DNA of 64,000 nucleotides. Origin: Lama guanicoe (Eukaryota). Location: contig MU056262.1 of NCBI GenBank assembly GCA_013239625.1, forward strand, positions 8,594,134-8,658,133. Reading direction: 5' to 3'. The notes below the pieces were generated by a model. That model was given only the letters and a program-made list of their open reading frames with translations, ran no database searches and was not told where the DNA came from. A program made the position numbers and the translations under genes. Below are positions 1-10,794 of the stretch, piece by piece; position 1 is the first letter of the stretch, and each line of letters starts with the position of its first letter.

Positions 1-1102
1 AGGCCAGGGGAGATGGGCTGAGAGAGGGTGTGGGCCAGGGCCTGACCTATTTGCCCCTTAATGCCAGGGGCCTTGCTGCCTGGGTCAGACCACCCAAAAG
101 GAGGTGGGCCATTGTCCTTGTTAATAAGTGAACAAAGCAGATTAATTTCTGCCTAACACCTGCTGTTTGGTAGAGACAGTCTCTCAAAATGGGACAGTGC
201 ATGGAGGAAAACAGTGAAAGTTTGGCATTTGCTGGTAGCTTTTATGAGTTGGGCCCTAGCTACTTCAAGATGAAGGCTGTGAATCATTCCCAGGGCAGCA
301 AGGAGATAGTCTGGTCTCAGGTGATGTCAGGAGATCTTGGTCAGAGCGAAGACTGGAGTATCCCTCCTCAGATATTAGAGAACCAGGTGAAACCGTGAGA
401 CCACGTCAGGGTTACAACATGGTGGTGGTATTGGTGGGGGCGGGGCAGGGGCAGGGCCTGTTCTAAACAGAAGGACCTCAAGGTCAGGATAAGGGGTCTG
501 GACTTCTCTAGCAGGTGAGAGGAGCAGGGGAGGCTCTCAGCACTTTGGGCTCTGGCGGGGGGGATTTGGGGCTCTGCAAAGTCTAGGCTGGAAGTGAAAG
601 GCTAGACTAAGTAACTGGTGCGGTTGACAGAAATATTCAGCAGATAGCCTGGAAAGGACTTGAATGCAAGCTGAGTGTGTATCGGGATCAATCGTAGGTC
701 TTTCTGCTCGTTAAGTTCAGGAAGCAGATTGGGAAATAGAAGTTGGTTTGGGATAAACTAGGTCTAAATCCATGGCGGAATCTGCAAGTGGTGGGGGCTC
801 AGGAGGAAGTCCTGTTTGAGGAGAGCTGTTAGAGGTTCCTGGGATAGTGTAGAGGAGAAGAGAGCCACAGCAGACACTTAGGGAGCGAAGGAGAAGCCTG
901 AGGAGACAGAAGCGGCGAGAGAGGCTGGAGAATGAGTCCTTCGCTGTGCCGCCGCGGAACTGTCCGGCCGCCGGCCACCGAGGTCGAGGTGAAATTAAAC
1001 CCCAGCCACAGGTGTTACCTGGGGCCCTGGGAAAGAAATCAAGGGCAGGGGAGCTCCGGCCTCCACTACCTATCTACCCCCACCTCCCCTGCAGCCCCCA
1101 CC

Positions 1103-1962
1103 ATGGGCAACGCGCAAGAGAGGCCATCAGAGACGATCGACCGTGAGCGGAAACGCTTAGTCGAAACACTGCAGGCGGACTCAGGGCTGCTGCTGGATGC
1201 GCTTCTGGCACGCGGCGTGCTCACCGGGCCCGAGTACGAGGCTTTGGATGCGTTGCCTGACGCCGAGCGCAGGGTGCGCCGCCTGCTGCTGTTGGTTCAG
1301 AGTAAGGGCGAGGCCGCCTGCCAGGAGCTGCTCAGCTGCGCCCAGCGTACCATGCGTGCGCCTGACCCCGCCTGGGACTGGCAGCACGTGGGCACCGGTG
1401 AGCGCATGGGGGGGCGGGGCCTAGGTCTAAGGAGGACGCATGGCGTGGGGAGGGGCGTGGGGGCACGGAGTTGCGGTCTGCGGAAAAGAACCACACGTGT
1501 GCAGAGGAAAACGCAGTGGGGTAAATTGAGCCTAAGGCAGTCCCACCTTCACAGGCTACCAGGAACGAAGCTACGACCCTCCATGCCCAGGCCACTGGAC
1601 GCCTGAGGCAGCCGGCTCAGGGACCACATGCCCTGGGCTACCTAGAGCTTCAGACTCTGATGAGACCAGGGGTCCTGAGGACTCCGAGGCAGCGCACTCT
1701 GGAACCCTCGAGGAACCCGAGCCGGAGCTAGAAGCTGAGGCCCCTGAAGGGGCTGAGCCGGAGTTAGAACCCCAAATGGATCCGGAGCCAGAGGCAGAGG
1801 TAGAACCAGAGCCGGAACTGGAGCCGGAACCTGACTTCGAGGCAGGAGACGAGTCTGAAGGTGTGTGGTTACCCAAACCTGGCGGGAGGGCGAGGCCTGG
1901 GGGGCGAAGGTCAGGGCTCCACCTGACTGATCACGCCCCTTCCGTTGTCTCTAGATTCCTGA
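1103..1962 (+). CDS. NOL3: Nucleolar protein 3 / ARC (apoptosis repressor with CARD), 202 aa
   Basis: [39 protein letters not shown], then a Pro/Glu-rich tail ([21 protein letters not shown]). Coding exons 1103-1397, 1555-1860, 1955-1962, GT-AG, 609 nt. Probable non-coding exon ending at 988. AATAAA at 2076 and 2647. Confidence 0.97.
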
Positions 1963-3688
1963 AGGCCATAGCGCTGTCAGGCTGTTCTACACCCTGGCAG
2001 GATAGGATCTGGGATCCTGCCCTGGTGGGGTCAGATGCCAACAAGGCTCCACCTGGCCCAATACCACTGAAAGTTAATAAACTCTGGAGGGTCAGCCTGG
2101 ACTCTGTGATTCTAGATTTTTGCCCAGGAACTAGGGTGTGGATCTGTGCTTCTAAGTCCCAGTGATCTGGGCAGCCATGTGCCCATGGCCCATTCTTCAG
2201 CCCCATTCCATCCTCAATAGCCCAAGCTGCACCACTGGAGATCCCAGACCCAGGTCCCCAGTGGGACAAGGGCCACACTCTTGGGCCCTGCTCCAAGGCC
2301 CTTTTATTCTCATGAACCATTTGAGGTCATGTGCAGTCACCAGCCCCAGTCCATGAAAGCCCCTGGGTCTGGCACAGAGAGCCAGGAAAGGGGGACTTCT
2401 CTCCACTTAGGGAACGCTAGAGCTCACAGCCTCGGGAAGTGAAATAAGGAGAAAGAGGAAGAGATCTTCGGTAGACAGAGCCCACACACTTCACTGTAAT
2501 TGTTGTTTTAATTGGCTTCTCTAAGGACTGGGAGCTCAGTACGTGTTCTGGCCAGTTAACTGGCACATTGAAGGTGCTTTATACATATTCGCTGACTAAA
2601 TGAATAAGTACTTTTCAGCTGCATTCACGAGTTTTCAGATGGGAAAAATAAAGGCCAAGGGTGGGAGTGGGACTGGGTCAGCCTCACACAGCTGATTCTG
2701 AGGTGAAACTGAAAGCAACAATCATCTCAATGCCACTCCTGGTCTAGGAAGGGCTCAGGGCTTGGAACAACTAGGGGCCTGCCCCTCAGGCTTGATTGTG
2801 GCTGCTGCCAGACTATGCCAGCCTCTGCCAAACACCATCTATGAGTGTGTAGGCAAAGACAGGGACAGCGGAGGCCAGTTCAGGGGGTGAGGGCAGGGCC
2901 AAGTGGGCTCTCGGCTCGACTCACAAGGCCTGTGGGTGTGTGCGTGAGCATGTGCACATGTGTATGAGCTAAGAGTGGAGTTAGGAACAGTTGGTGCCTT
3001 CCAGAGGAGCCCTGTTCCCTCCACCAAACCTTCAGAAACTGCTGCCTCCCGGCCCCAGGAAATAAAGCACATAAACAAGGAATAAATACATGACAGTGGG
3101 AGAGGCAAAATGCTGGAAAGCACACCCCAGCCCAGCTGGGTCTCTACTGCCAAGATACCTGCCCCTTGAGTCTGTGTGAAAGCCAAGACTTCACACTCAG
3201 GCAATCACCCCAGGAGAAGGGAGACCCCCACCAGGACCCAGTGAGAGGTAGACAGCATGAAAGCTGAAGGAGCACCAAGGGGCCAGGTGGGGGAGGGGGG
3301 AATGACTGGAGTATGCAGACACCCAAAGCCATCTCATGCAAGGATAAGTTTCTACTCCCAAATCACCCCCCACCCCCATCCATGCTCAGCTTCCTTCCTG
3401 CCCCCAGGCTTTCTCTCTGCTCAACAGACAGCTGGAGGTAGGGGGGCAGACTTAGTTTGCCTGACATGCTGCTGTTGGCCCTCAGGCCCCAGTGAGGCCA
3501 GCAAAAGACACAAACTCTCTGATGTTGCCATTTGTCCCTCCTAAGATGCTCCTGCCCTCCCTGTTCCCCAAGAAACACCCAGGCTCTGGAAGCACAGAGC
3601 AGCCAGCTTCATGTTCTGGGGCCTGATCTGGAGCCCTCTGACCAGGGCCTCTCTGTCCAGGTCTGCTACTTATAGCCCTCAACCAGCA

Positions 3689-6600
3689 TCAGTCAGGCAG
3701 CAGGCGGCCCAGCTCCGCCTCATCCAGCCGGTTGGTGGCCATGATGTGCTCCAGCTGCTGCCGGTAGCGCGCCAAGTCCTGCATGAAGTGGGGCACCCGG
3801 GTATTGTCCAGCACCCCATGGGGCCGAAGGTGGTCTACATCTTCATAGGACACCTGCAGGAAGGAAGCTGGGCCTCAGGGGTAGGCAGAATGTCCAGGCT
3901 TTCAGGCAGCTGCTCCCAGCTCTCTTGCAACAGCCCATAGCCCTGTGCTCCTGGAACTCCTCTCTCTGCCCTCCTGATCCACTCCCAACATTGTGTACCC
4001 TGAGACTCAGTCCTAGGTATCTGCCCTTTCTCTTAATACCTTCTTTTATTATCTGTGCCCTACAATCCCACTCCTGTCCCTAGTCCAGCTTCCCCCCTCA
4101 CCGCCAAACCTGGGTATCCAACTGCCTTCCAAACACCTTCTCTTGGCTATCTCTCAGGCACCTCAGACTCCCCATATCCAATGCTGAATTCCTATGTCCC
4201 AGCTTATGCCAGCCTCACCCTCTTCACAGTCCCTTAGGTCGATTCCAAGGAGGAGGCTTAGAATCTGTCACTCTCCCAGAGTGGCCACTCAGTTAAAAAG
4301 GATTCCACTCTCTGAAGATCTCTCCAGCTTGCCCCTCCCTCTCCAACTGCATGGCCTCTGCGAGGTTAGGCCAGACTACCATCAATTCTGCAAGAGTGAT
4401 TGGAAAAGCCTCCTCCTCTTCTCCCTGCACTCCCTTCCCTGGGCCTCCCCTTCCACAGGGAGCCTTCTAAAGCAAACATCTGTGCTACTCTTCTGCTTAA
4501 AGCTCTCAGATTCCTCACTGCTTTGGATGAAGTACACCTTCCTCAGTCTGGCACAGATACCCAGTGCCAGGGACTTGGTCCCTGGCCATTTCTTCAGTCT
4601 CCTTGGCCAGGCCTTCCTGACTGTTCCCTTAGCCTGGAAGGCTCACCTGTTTTGAGATGCAGTGTCTACACACACACACCTGTGGGCTGGGTCTCTACTA
4701 TTGGCTGCCAGACTGTCATTTCATCTCCTGTGCTCACCTCCACCCACACTCCCCCAATCAGAGAGGCCTGGCACCCAATTAGAGGCTCAGGGAATCGTGA
4801 AGTGATAGGGAGAGCTGGCTGGGACTTCTGAAGGCCCGTGGCCCCTCACCTTGCCCAGCGAGGTCAGTAGCGGGAAATCGATGGTCTGGCGATGCCGCAG
4901 AATGCGCACTATGCCGTCTAGGTACACCTGGTCCTTGCTGAAGCAGCCTGTGGATACCGGAGGGTGGTAAGCCCTGGGCTGAAGCCCCACCCTAACCCTC
5001 TGCCCCCTAGATCAGGACACTCCCCCCAGCGTGGGCGCCCACCCGGCAGCGAAGTGTCTGTCTGGCCACGCTTGGCGCGCACGCAGTACTCCCAGCGCAC
5101 ATCCGCGTCCTGCACGTAGCGTGCCAGGTCCTGGAAGAGCTGACGGAAGGACATGTGCGCAGCGCGGTGGATGGTGTAGTAGAGCAACGCTGCGCGCCAC
5201 AGGAAGGGCTGCTTGCGGAACAGCACGCTGTGTAGGCTGGCCAGGCCCTCCTCGGTGGGGTTTGCTGGCCGCAGCCCGTACTGCAACCGGCCCTCGGCGC
5301 TGTGCCATGGCTGCCGCGCGTTGTTCACACCCCGAAGGTAGTGGGTACCTGAGGGGAGTAGGAGGCTGCGCTTGGCCAGGCATCCAGGGGACCCACCTGC
5401 CTGGCCCGGGCCCTGCTATGCCCAGCTGGACCTGTAGCTGATGACTCACTTATCCTCATGCCCCTAAACTCAGGTTCTCACGCAAGTTCCCTCGACCCCA
5501 AACTCATACTCACCCAACCCTAGGCAGCATGAAGACCCTCCTCAGGTGAACTCACATGCAAGGATTCAGAATCTCGCATGCAAGAATCCTCCCCCACCTG
5601 TCCAGGGCTACACACACACCTCTCCCAAACTCACACTGCCCCCCAACCCCTAGAAAGGAGCAGGAACTCATATACCTCCCTGGCCCCACATCCTGGGCAA
5701 TGCCCATATTCTGCTGATGTCCCCAGCAAAAAACCACCTTTTGCCCAGAGCAACAGGATTCCTGATGAGGAGGGCCAGGCAAAAAATAATAGTAGTGTCC
5801 CAAGCTCTCCTTTCCAGCCTGGTCTATCCCCTCCTAAACCCAGCTCTGTGTGTCTTCAGCCAATTTCATTCCCAGGATCTGAACTTCCACCCACCCTGGA
5901 GGGCCTGCATGTTGGCTGGGCTAGTGGGACACTTAGGGTCCTCCCTCTGGCCTCTCTGGGCCTCAGCAGTCTTGCCCCCCTGTCAAAGGAAATCAAAGAG
6001 GAAGTAGAGGGAAGAAAAGATACCCAAAAGGAACAAGAGATGAGAGTGAGCCCAGAGAGTGGGCAGGCATGTACCTCTGTGAGCCAGAGGGAAGTAGCTG
6101 CTCACGAAGGGAAGGGGCCTGTCCTCCGGATGGAAGGGGGAAAAAGAAAAGGGGTGGGGTTACTGGAGCCCCTCACTGCCCCCCATGTCCCAACCCCATC
6201 TCACCCCTACACACCCACCCACCTACCCATACTCTGACCTATCTCATGCCGCAGCATGCCCTCCAACCAATACTGGCGGGCTCCAGTCAGGTTGATGGCC
6301 AATGTTGGTCGGCTGTTCTCCACCATCATCACTGCCTGGGACAGCAGGTCCTCACTCAGCTGCACCACAACCTGTAAGTGACAGTGCCCTGAACCATGGA
6401 CACCAGCCCTGGGGCCAGTGTGCAGGTAGACCCACTGATGTCACAGGGAAGCCAGGTTGGACACTTGGCCAGGACTCCCACCCTTTCCCACCTCTGCTCA
6501 GTGGCAGCTCCTACCTTCCTGGGGCAGGGACAGGGACAGGGACAGGGACATGGGCTTGCCTGTGGTCACTAGCTCCAACAGTGTGGAGCTGGGCCTAGCA

Positions 6601-7461
6601 CTGCCAACTTGGCAGCCTGGTTTGGGGCATGTGGAAAAGGGGTCTCACAGGCAGGGCAAGCTCACCTCCCCGACACAGCCCTCCTTCTGCATGTATTTGC
6701 GCACAATGGACCAGATCTGGCACTTGGTCAGCAGCTGGCCCCCAGTCGCAGCCTCAAAGTGTTCATAGGTGCCAAACTTCTCCAGGACAGCCTCAATGAT
6801 GCCAACTGCCTGCACAAAGGGCCACAGTAGTGGGTAAGGTGAAGTCTCTCAGATGGTCAGAGCCAGGGTGAGGTGGGCAATCTGGACTGACCTGATGGAT
6901 GAACTGTCCAGAGGCCTCACAGTACTTCTCCAGCACAGCCGTAGGCATGGGCTCCTGGTACTCGAACTGTGGATTGTAGGTGTACTGGGACTGGAAGAAC
7001 TTGTCCCGCTCATAGTCCATGTTGGTTGGCCGCAGAGCCACCAACATGCAGGGGCTCTTGCTGGCACCACGGCCTGCATCCTTTCGAGTCTTAGCAATGT
7101 GAGGCAGGGAGGCCGCAGACCGCAGGGTGCCCCCACCTGGGTTCCGGCCTCGTCCAGGTGGGGCCCGGCCCTGGGTGCCGCTCCCCCGCCGACCAGCACT
7201 GTTTATGGTGTAGGTGCTCTCACTGCGACGCATGTGGCCTTGGTGGCCCAAGTCCAGCTTTGAGAAGGGCTGCAGCTCAGGCCTGGGCCGGAGGGCTGAG
7301 GGGACAGACACAGCCTGGGGCAAGGCCAGAGACTGAGGCCAGGGGTACAGTGCTGTCCCATTTTGGTCTGAGGGCTTCAGCCTACGGCCCAAGGATGAGG
7401 GACTGGCTGGCGGGCTGGGGGGAGTCTGCTCATACACCTGAGCCCCTGAGTCCAGCACCAT
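3689..7461 (-). CDS. MATCAP1: Microtubule-associated tyrosine carboxypeptidase 1 (KIAA0895L), 471 aa
   Basis: Coding exons 7461-6892, 6809-6666, 6371-6239, 5348-5043, 4947-4850, 3853-3689; 1416 nt with consistent phases. Starts MVLDSGAQVYEQ; contains the HEIGTH (HExxxH) zinc motif and PTEEGLA; ends ELGRLLPD*. Probable non-coding exon 1 with donor at 10209. ATTAAA (-) at 2507-2512. Confidence 0.96.
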
Positions 7462-8388
7462 TCTGTTCTGGGGGTCACATCCAGCTGGATCACTCCAACT
7501 CCCCACACTGTTGACTTCTGGGGACACAGAAAGGCATATGGAGGCCAACATGAGTGAGTGTGGCATGAGGACCAGCAGGCCCTGTGCGCCACACTGTCTT
7601 TGCCCGGCACTTGATGGGCCCAGAACCTGATGCCAGGTCTTCTTCATCTGCCCTCTTACCTCCATCCCACTGCCTACCCCTCCAGCAGGCTCATCCAAGC
7701 AAGTTGGACTGGGGCAAAGCTGGAGGAAGAGTCTTATACACCTACCAGGATGGTGGTTACTCAAATCCCCTTAGCCTGTGAGCTCCCGTGAGCAAGGCAT
7801 AAGCACCTACTCATGATTTTAATCCCTGTGCTCAGCACCCACCCTGACTGGAAGCTGATACAATGTAGCCTCAGCTGCTAGGATGACGGATGAGGGGATC
7901 TCACTACCTTCTACCTGCCTTCTACCTATGGCATTTTCTCAGTCTCACCCCGCCCCTCCCACCTAGCTCCACCCATCTCCTTCAGCCCATTGGGCCTCAG
8001 TTTGAATGCCTGCATGCCCCTTGCTTATGTCAGTCCCTCCACATGCAATGCTCTCTCTTCTCTGGGCCGTCTGTTCAAATCCAAATTAGAATCAGCTTTT
8101 GGTGTACAGAGGGAAAATTCAGCAAATCCAAGGTAGTCCTTGGTCTGTCCCCTATCAGAGACATCTTCCTAGTGGTCATCCAAGGCCACTGTCAGGACAC
8201 TCACCCCTGAATCTGAACGGCTCAGTCCAATCCAGTCTCTCCCCAGAAACTGACTGAAGTCTCCAGCCTCCAAGCTCTCCTGCATGCTCAGGGACGCAAT
8301 TCCAGCATTTCTCCTCTCTCCTTCATCTCCTACATCATCAATCTCTTCCTTTCTACTGAATTCTTCCCATCAGAATAAACACAAGCTG

Positions 8389-8494
8389 GGGGTGGTGGTA
8401 GCTGGGTATAGCTAAGTGATAGAGCACATGCTTAGTGTGCACAAGGTCCTGGGTTCAATCCCCAAGACCTCCATTACAAAAAAAAAAAAAAGAG
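8389..8494 (+). mobile_element. tRNA-Ala-derived SINE (camelid vic-1-like)
   Basis: gggtatagctaagtgatagagcacatgcttagt...gggttcaatcccc, followed by an A-tail. TSD ataaacaca(a/t)gctg at 8375-8388 and 8495-8508. Confidence 0.85.
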
Positions 8495-8509
8495 ATAAAC
8501 ACATGCTGT

Positions 8510-9340
8510 CATTTTTTCATCTTAAAAAACAAAACCCTCACTTGACTCTACACTCTTCCAGCTCCACTGTTCCTCGGGGCAGCACAACACCTCGAGTCAT
8601 CTATACTTGGTTCCCAATTTCTTCCTTGCTGTTCTTGCTTAAATTTCACTCCAATTAGGCCCCCCCCCAGTCTCCATCAAAACTGATCTGACCAAGGTCA
8701 CCAATGGTCTTCATCTTAATTAGTAGAACCTGACAAAATTAATCACTTAATTTTGGTTTGACCACATTCTCCACTTGGTTCCCAAATACACCGCAACTCA
8801 GTTCTCCCACCTCACTGGCTGTTTGTTCTTGGTATTCCTTTCTGGTCATCCCTATCTTCCTGACCTTTTAACACTGTAATTCCCGGGACCTGGAAACTTC
8901 TCTCCTCTTCTCCATTTATGCACACTCCCTAGGTGATCTCATCTACCCTCATGGTTTTAAATATGTGAGCCCAGATTTCTTCCAAAAACTTCAGCATTGC
9001 CAGTTCTCAGTTCAACATCTTTACTTGAATGTATACAGGCATTTCAAACTGAACATGTTCCCTGTCTGGAATGTTTTCCCCCCATATAACTGCAAGGGTC
9101 ACTCTCTCACTTTTCTCAGATTTCTGTACAAATATGTTATTAGAAAAGCCTGCCTAATACACCCTTTATAAAATAGGAAACCTCCCTTTCCCCACACTAC
9201 TGTCCTCTGAAGCAGTTATCACTGTCTGAAGTATAGTATATGTGAAGATTAGTTATGTTTTCCCCTTTTAGGTGTTCACAGCTGTGTCTCCAGAACAGTA
9301 CCTGACCCAGAGCAGTTGCTCAATAAACGAATGAACCCAA
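8510..9340 (+). mobile_element. Decayed L2 LINE fragments (approximate bounds)
   Basis: Pyrimidine-rich L2-like text (cactccctaggtgatctcatctacc; ttgaatgtatacaggcatttcaaactgaacatgt) ending in an L2-like tail, gctcaataaacgaatgaa. Recognised by eye. Confidence 0.55.
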
Positions 9341-9949
9341 GAGCCCTTTTCTTTGTCAGAAATGGAATCATTCCTTCCCTGCACTTTTCTTCCCCATCTA
9401 GATCTGATCCCCTCCCCCTCTTCCCCACCTTCCTGCACTCTGCCTATTGATAAGCTTCTTGAAAAGATTTCAGGCTTCAGGTTTCCCTCCCCTCAACTAA
9501 CTATACACTTCTCTGGATTTCTTACTGGTCTCTAAGCCTCTGTTTTTTTCAATCCTCTTCATCTCCCCTTCTTTCATTTGACCTACCTCTTTGCAATTAC
9601 CAGAATATGTCTGTTTCTTTCATGTCTCAGGTCCTTCTTCCAAAAATGCCCTCCCAATGTCTCCCTACAGCAAACTCCTAACCATTCTTCAGGGCTGGGT
9701 TTAGGCCTCACCTCCTCCGGGAAGCCTTCCCAGCGTCTTAGAGGCTCCCAGTGCCTAGGCGGCTTCTTTACCACCCTAGGCTGTCACTGTCGGAACCTAG
9801 GTCCATGTCCCCTAACATCCCCTGAACTTCCTGAGGGCAGTGACGGGTCTGATTCACCTCCATGACCCAAGCACCCAGGCCTATACGCAGAATGAATGAA
9901 AGATGGCTGTGGGAGGAGCCCATATTGAAGGCGGTGTCTGGTGACAAAT

Positions 9950-10560
9950 AAGAGGGTGTGACCTGCACCAATGAGAAACTCCGGGAGAGGATAACGTGGA
10001 AGGGGAGCCAATGGGGACGGGGAGATCGAGGAGGGGCGTGACCTGCAGCCAATAAGTGGCGGGGGACGGGGCAAAGGGCGTGCCCAATGGAGGGCGGGGC
10101 CAGAAGACAATGGAGCCGGGGGTTCCCTGGTAGATGAGGAGGGGTCGCGTCAAATGCCTTCTTGGCCTCTAGGGGGTGAGGGGATTCCATCCGCGCGCCG
10201 CGCCCCCACCTGTTCGCTCCTCTTCTCGCCGCTGTCGTTCTCGCTCCGCAATATCGATCGCTGGCCGCCCAGCCCGCGGGAGCCAACGCGGTGACGCACG
10301 CACTCGGGCGTGCGCACGCTCACAGGAAGGCTTGCGGATTCGCGTCAATCTCCGCACGCGCCAAAGAACACGGTTCGGGGTGGGGCCGGGCAGATCAGAG
10401 GGGGAGTTGTCCACCACCAGGTCACGCCCCTTGGTGGGCCGTTTTCTTAAGCCCGCCTCCTCCACAAGGCCTGGGTGGATTTCCGATGTTCAGGTGCTAT
10501 TCCGCGGTGGGACTAGGGGCGGTGGAGACCGGAGCTCACCGCCCCTGCGCGCGTACATGG
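9950..10560 (-). promoter_or_regulatory. CpG-island promoter/first exon of MATCAP1, with CCAAT and GC boxes
   Basis: High CpG density; CCAAT at 9968, 10008, 10049 and 10084; GC boxes; NRF1-like gcgtgcgcacgc near 10308; minus-strand donor CAG|GTGGGG at 10209. Confidence 0.7.
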
Positions 10561-10794
10561 GGATGTAGTCCGCATACAGCGGCGGAAGCCCAAATACTTG
10601 GGTAAACTGCCCACACAAAGGGCTGATGCAGGGGCGCAGCGGTATATCAGGACTGGAGCCAAGATACCTTAGGTGTGTCACTGCTTGTGGACACCCTGAC
10701 TTCGCGGGCACATTCATTTCATTTCCCCCTTCTCCAACACACACACAATTCAGGTGTACGGGGATTGTGGCTTTATTCTGCGGGCAATTAGGAG

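Noticed and set aside
5578-6237. 219-aa + strand ORF in a MATCAP1 intron
   Set aside because: Low-complexity Ser/Pro-rich translation with no domain or splice support; expected by chance in GC-rich DNA.
6526-6550. (GGGACA)4 repeat
   Set aside because: Short intronic simple repeat; possible G-quadruplex but nothing else supports a function.
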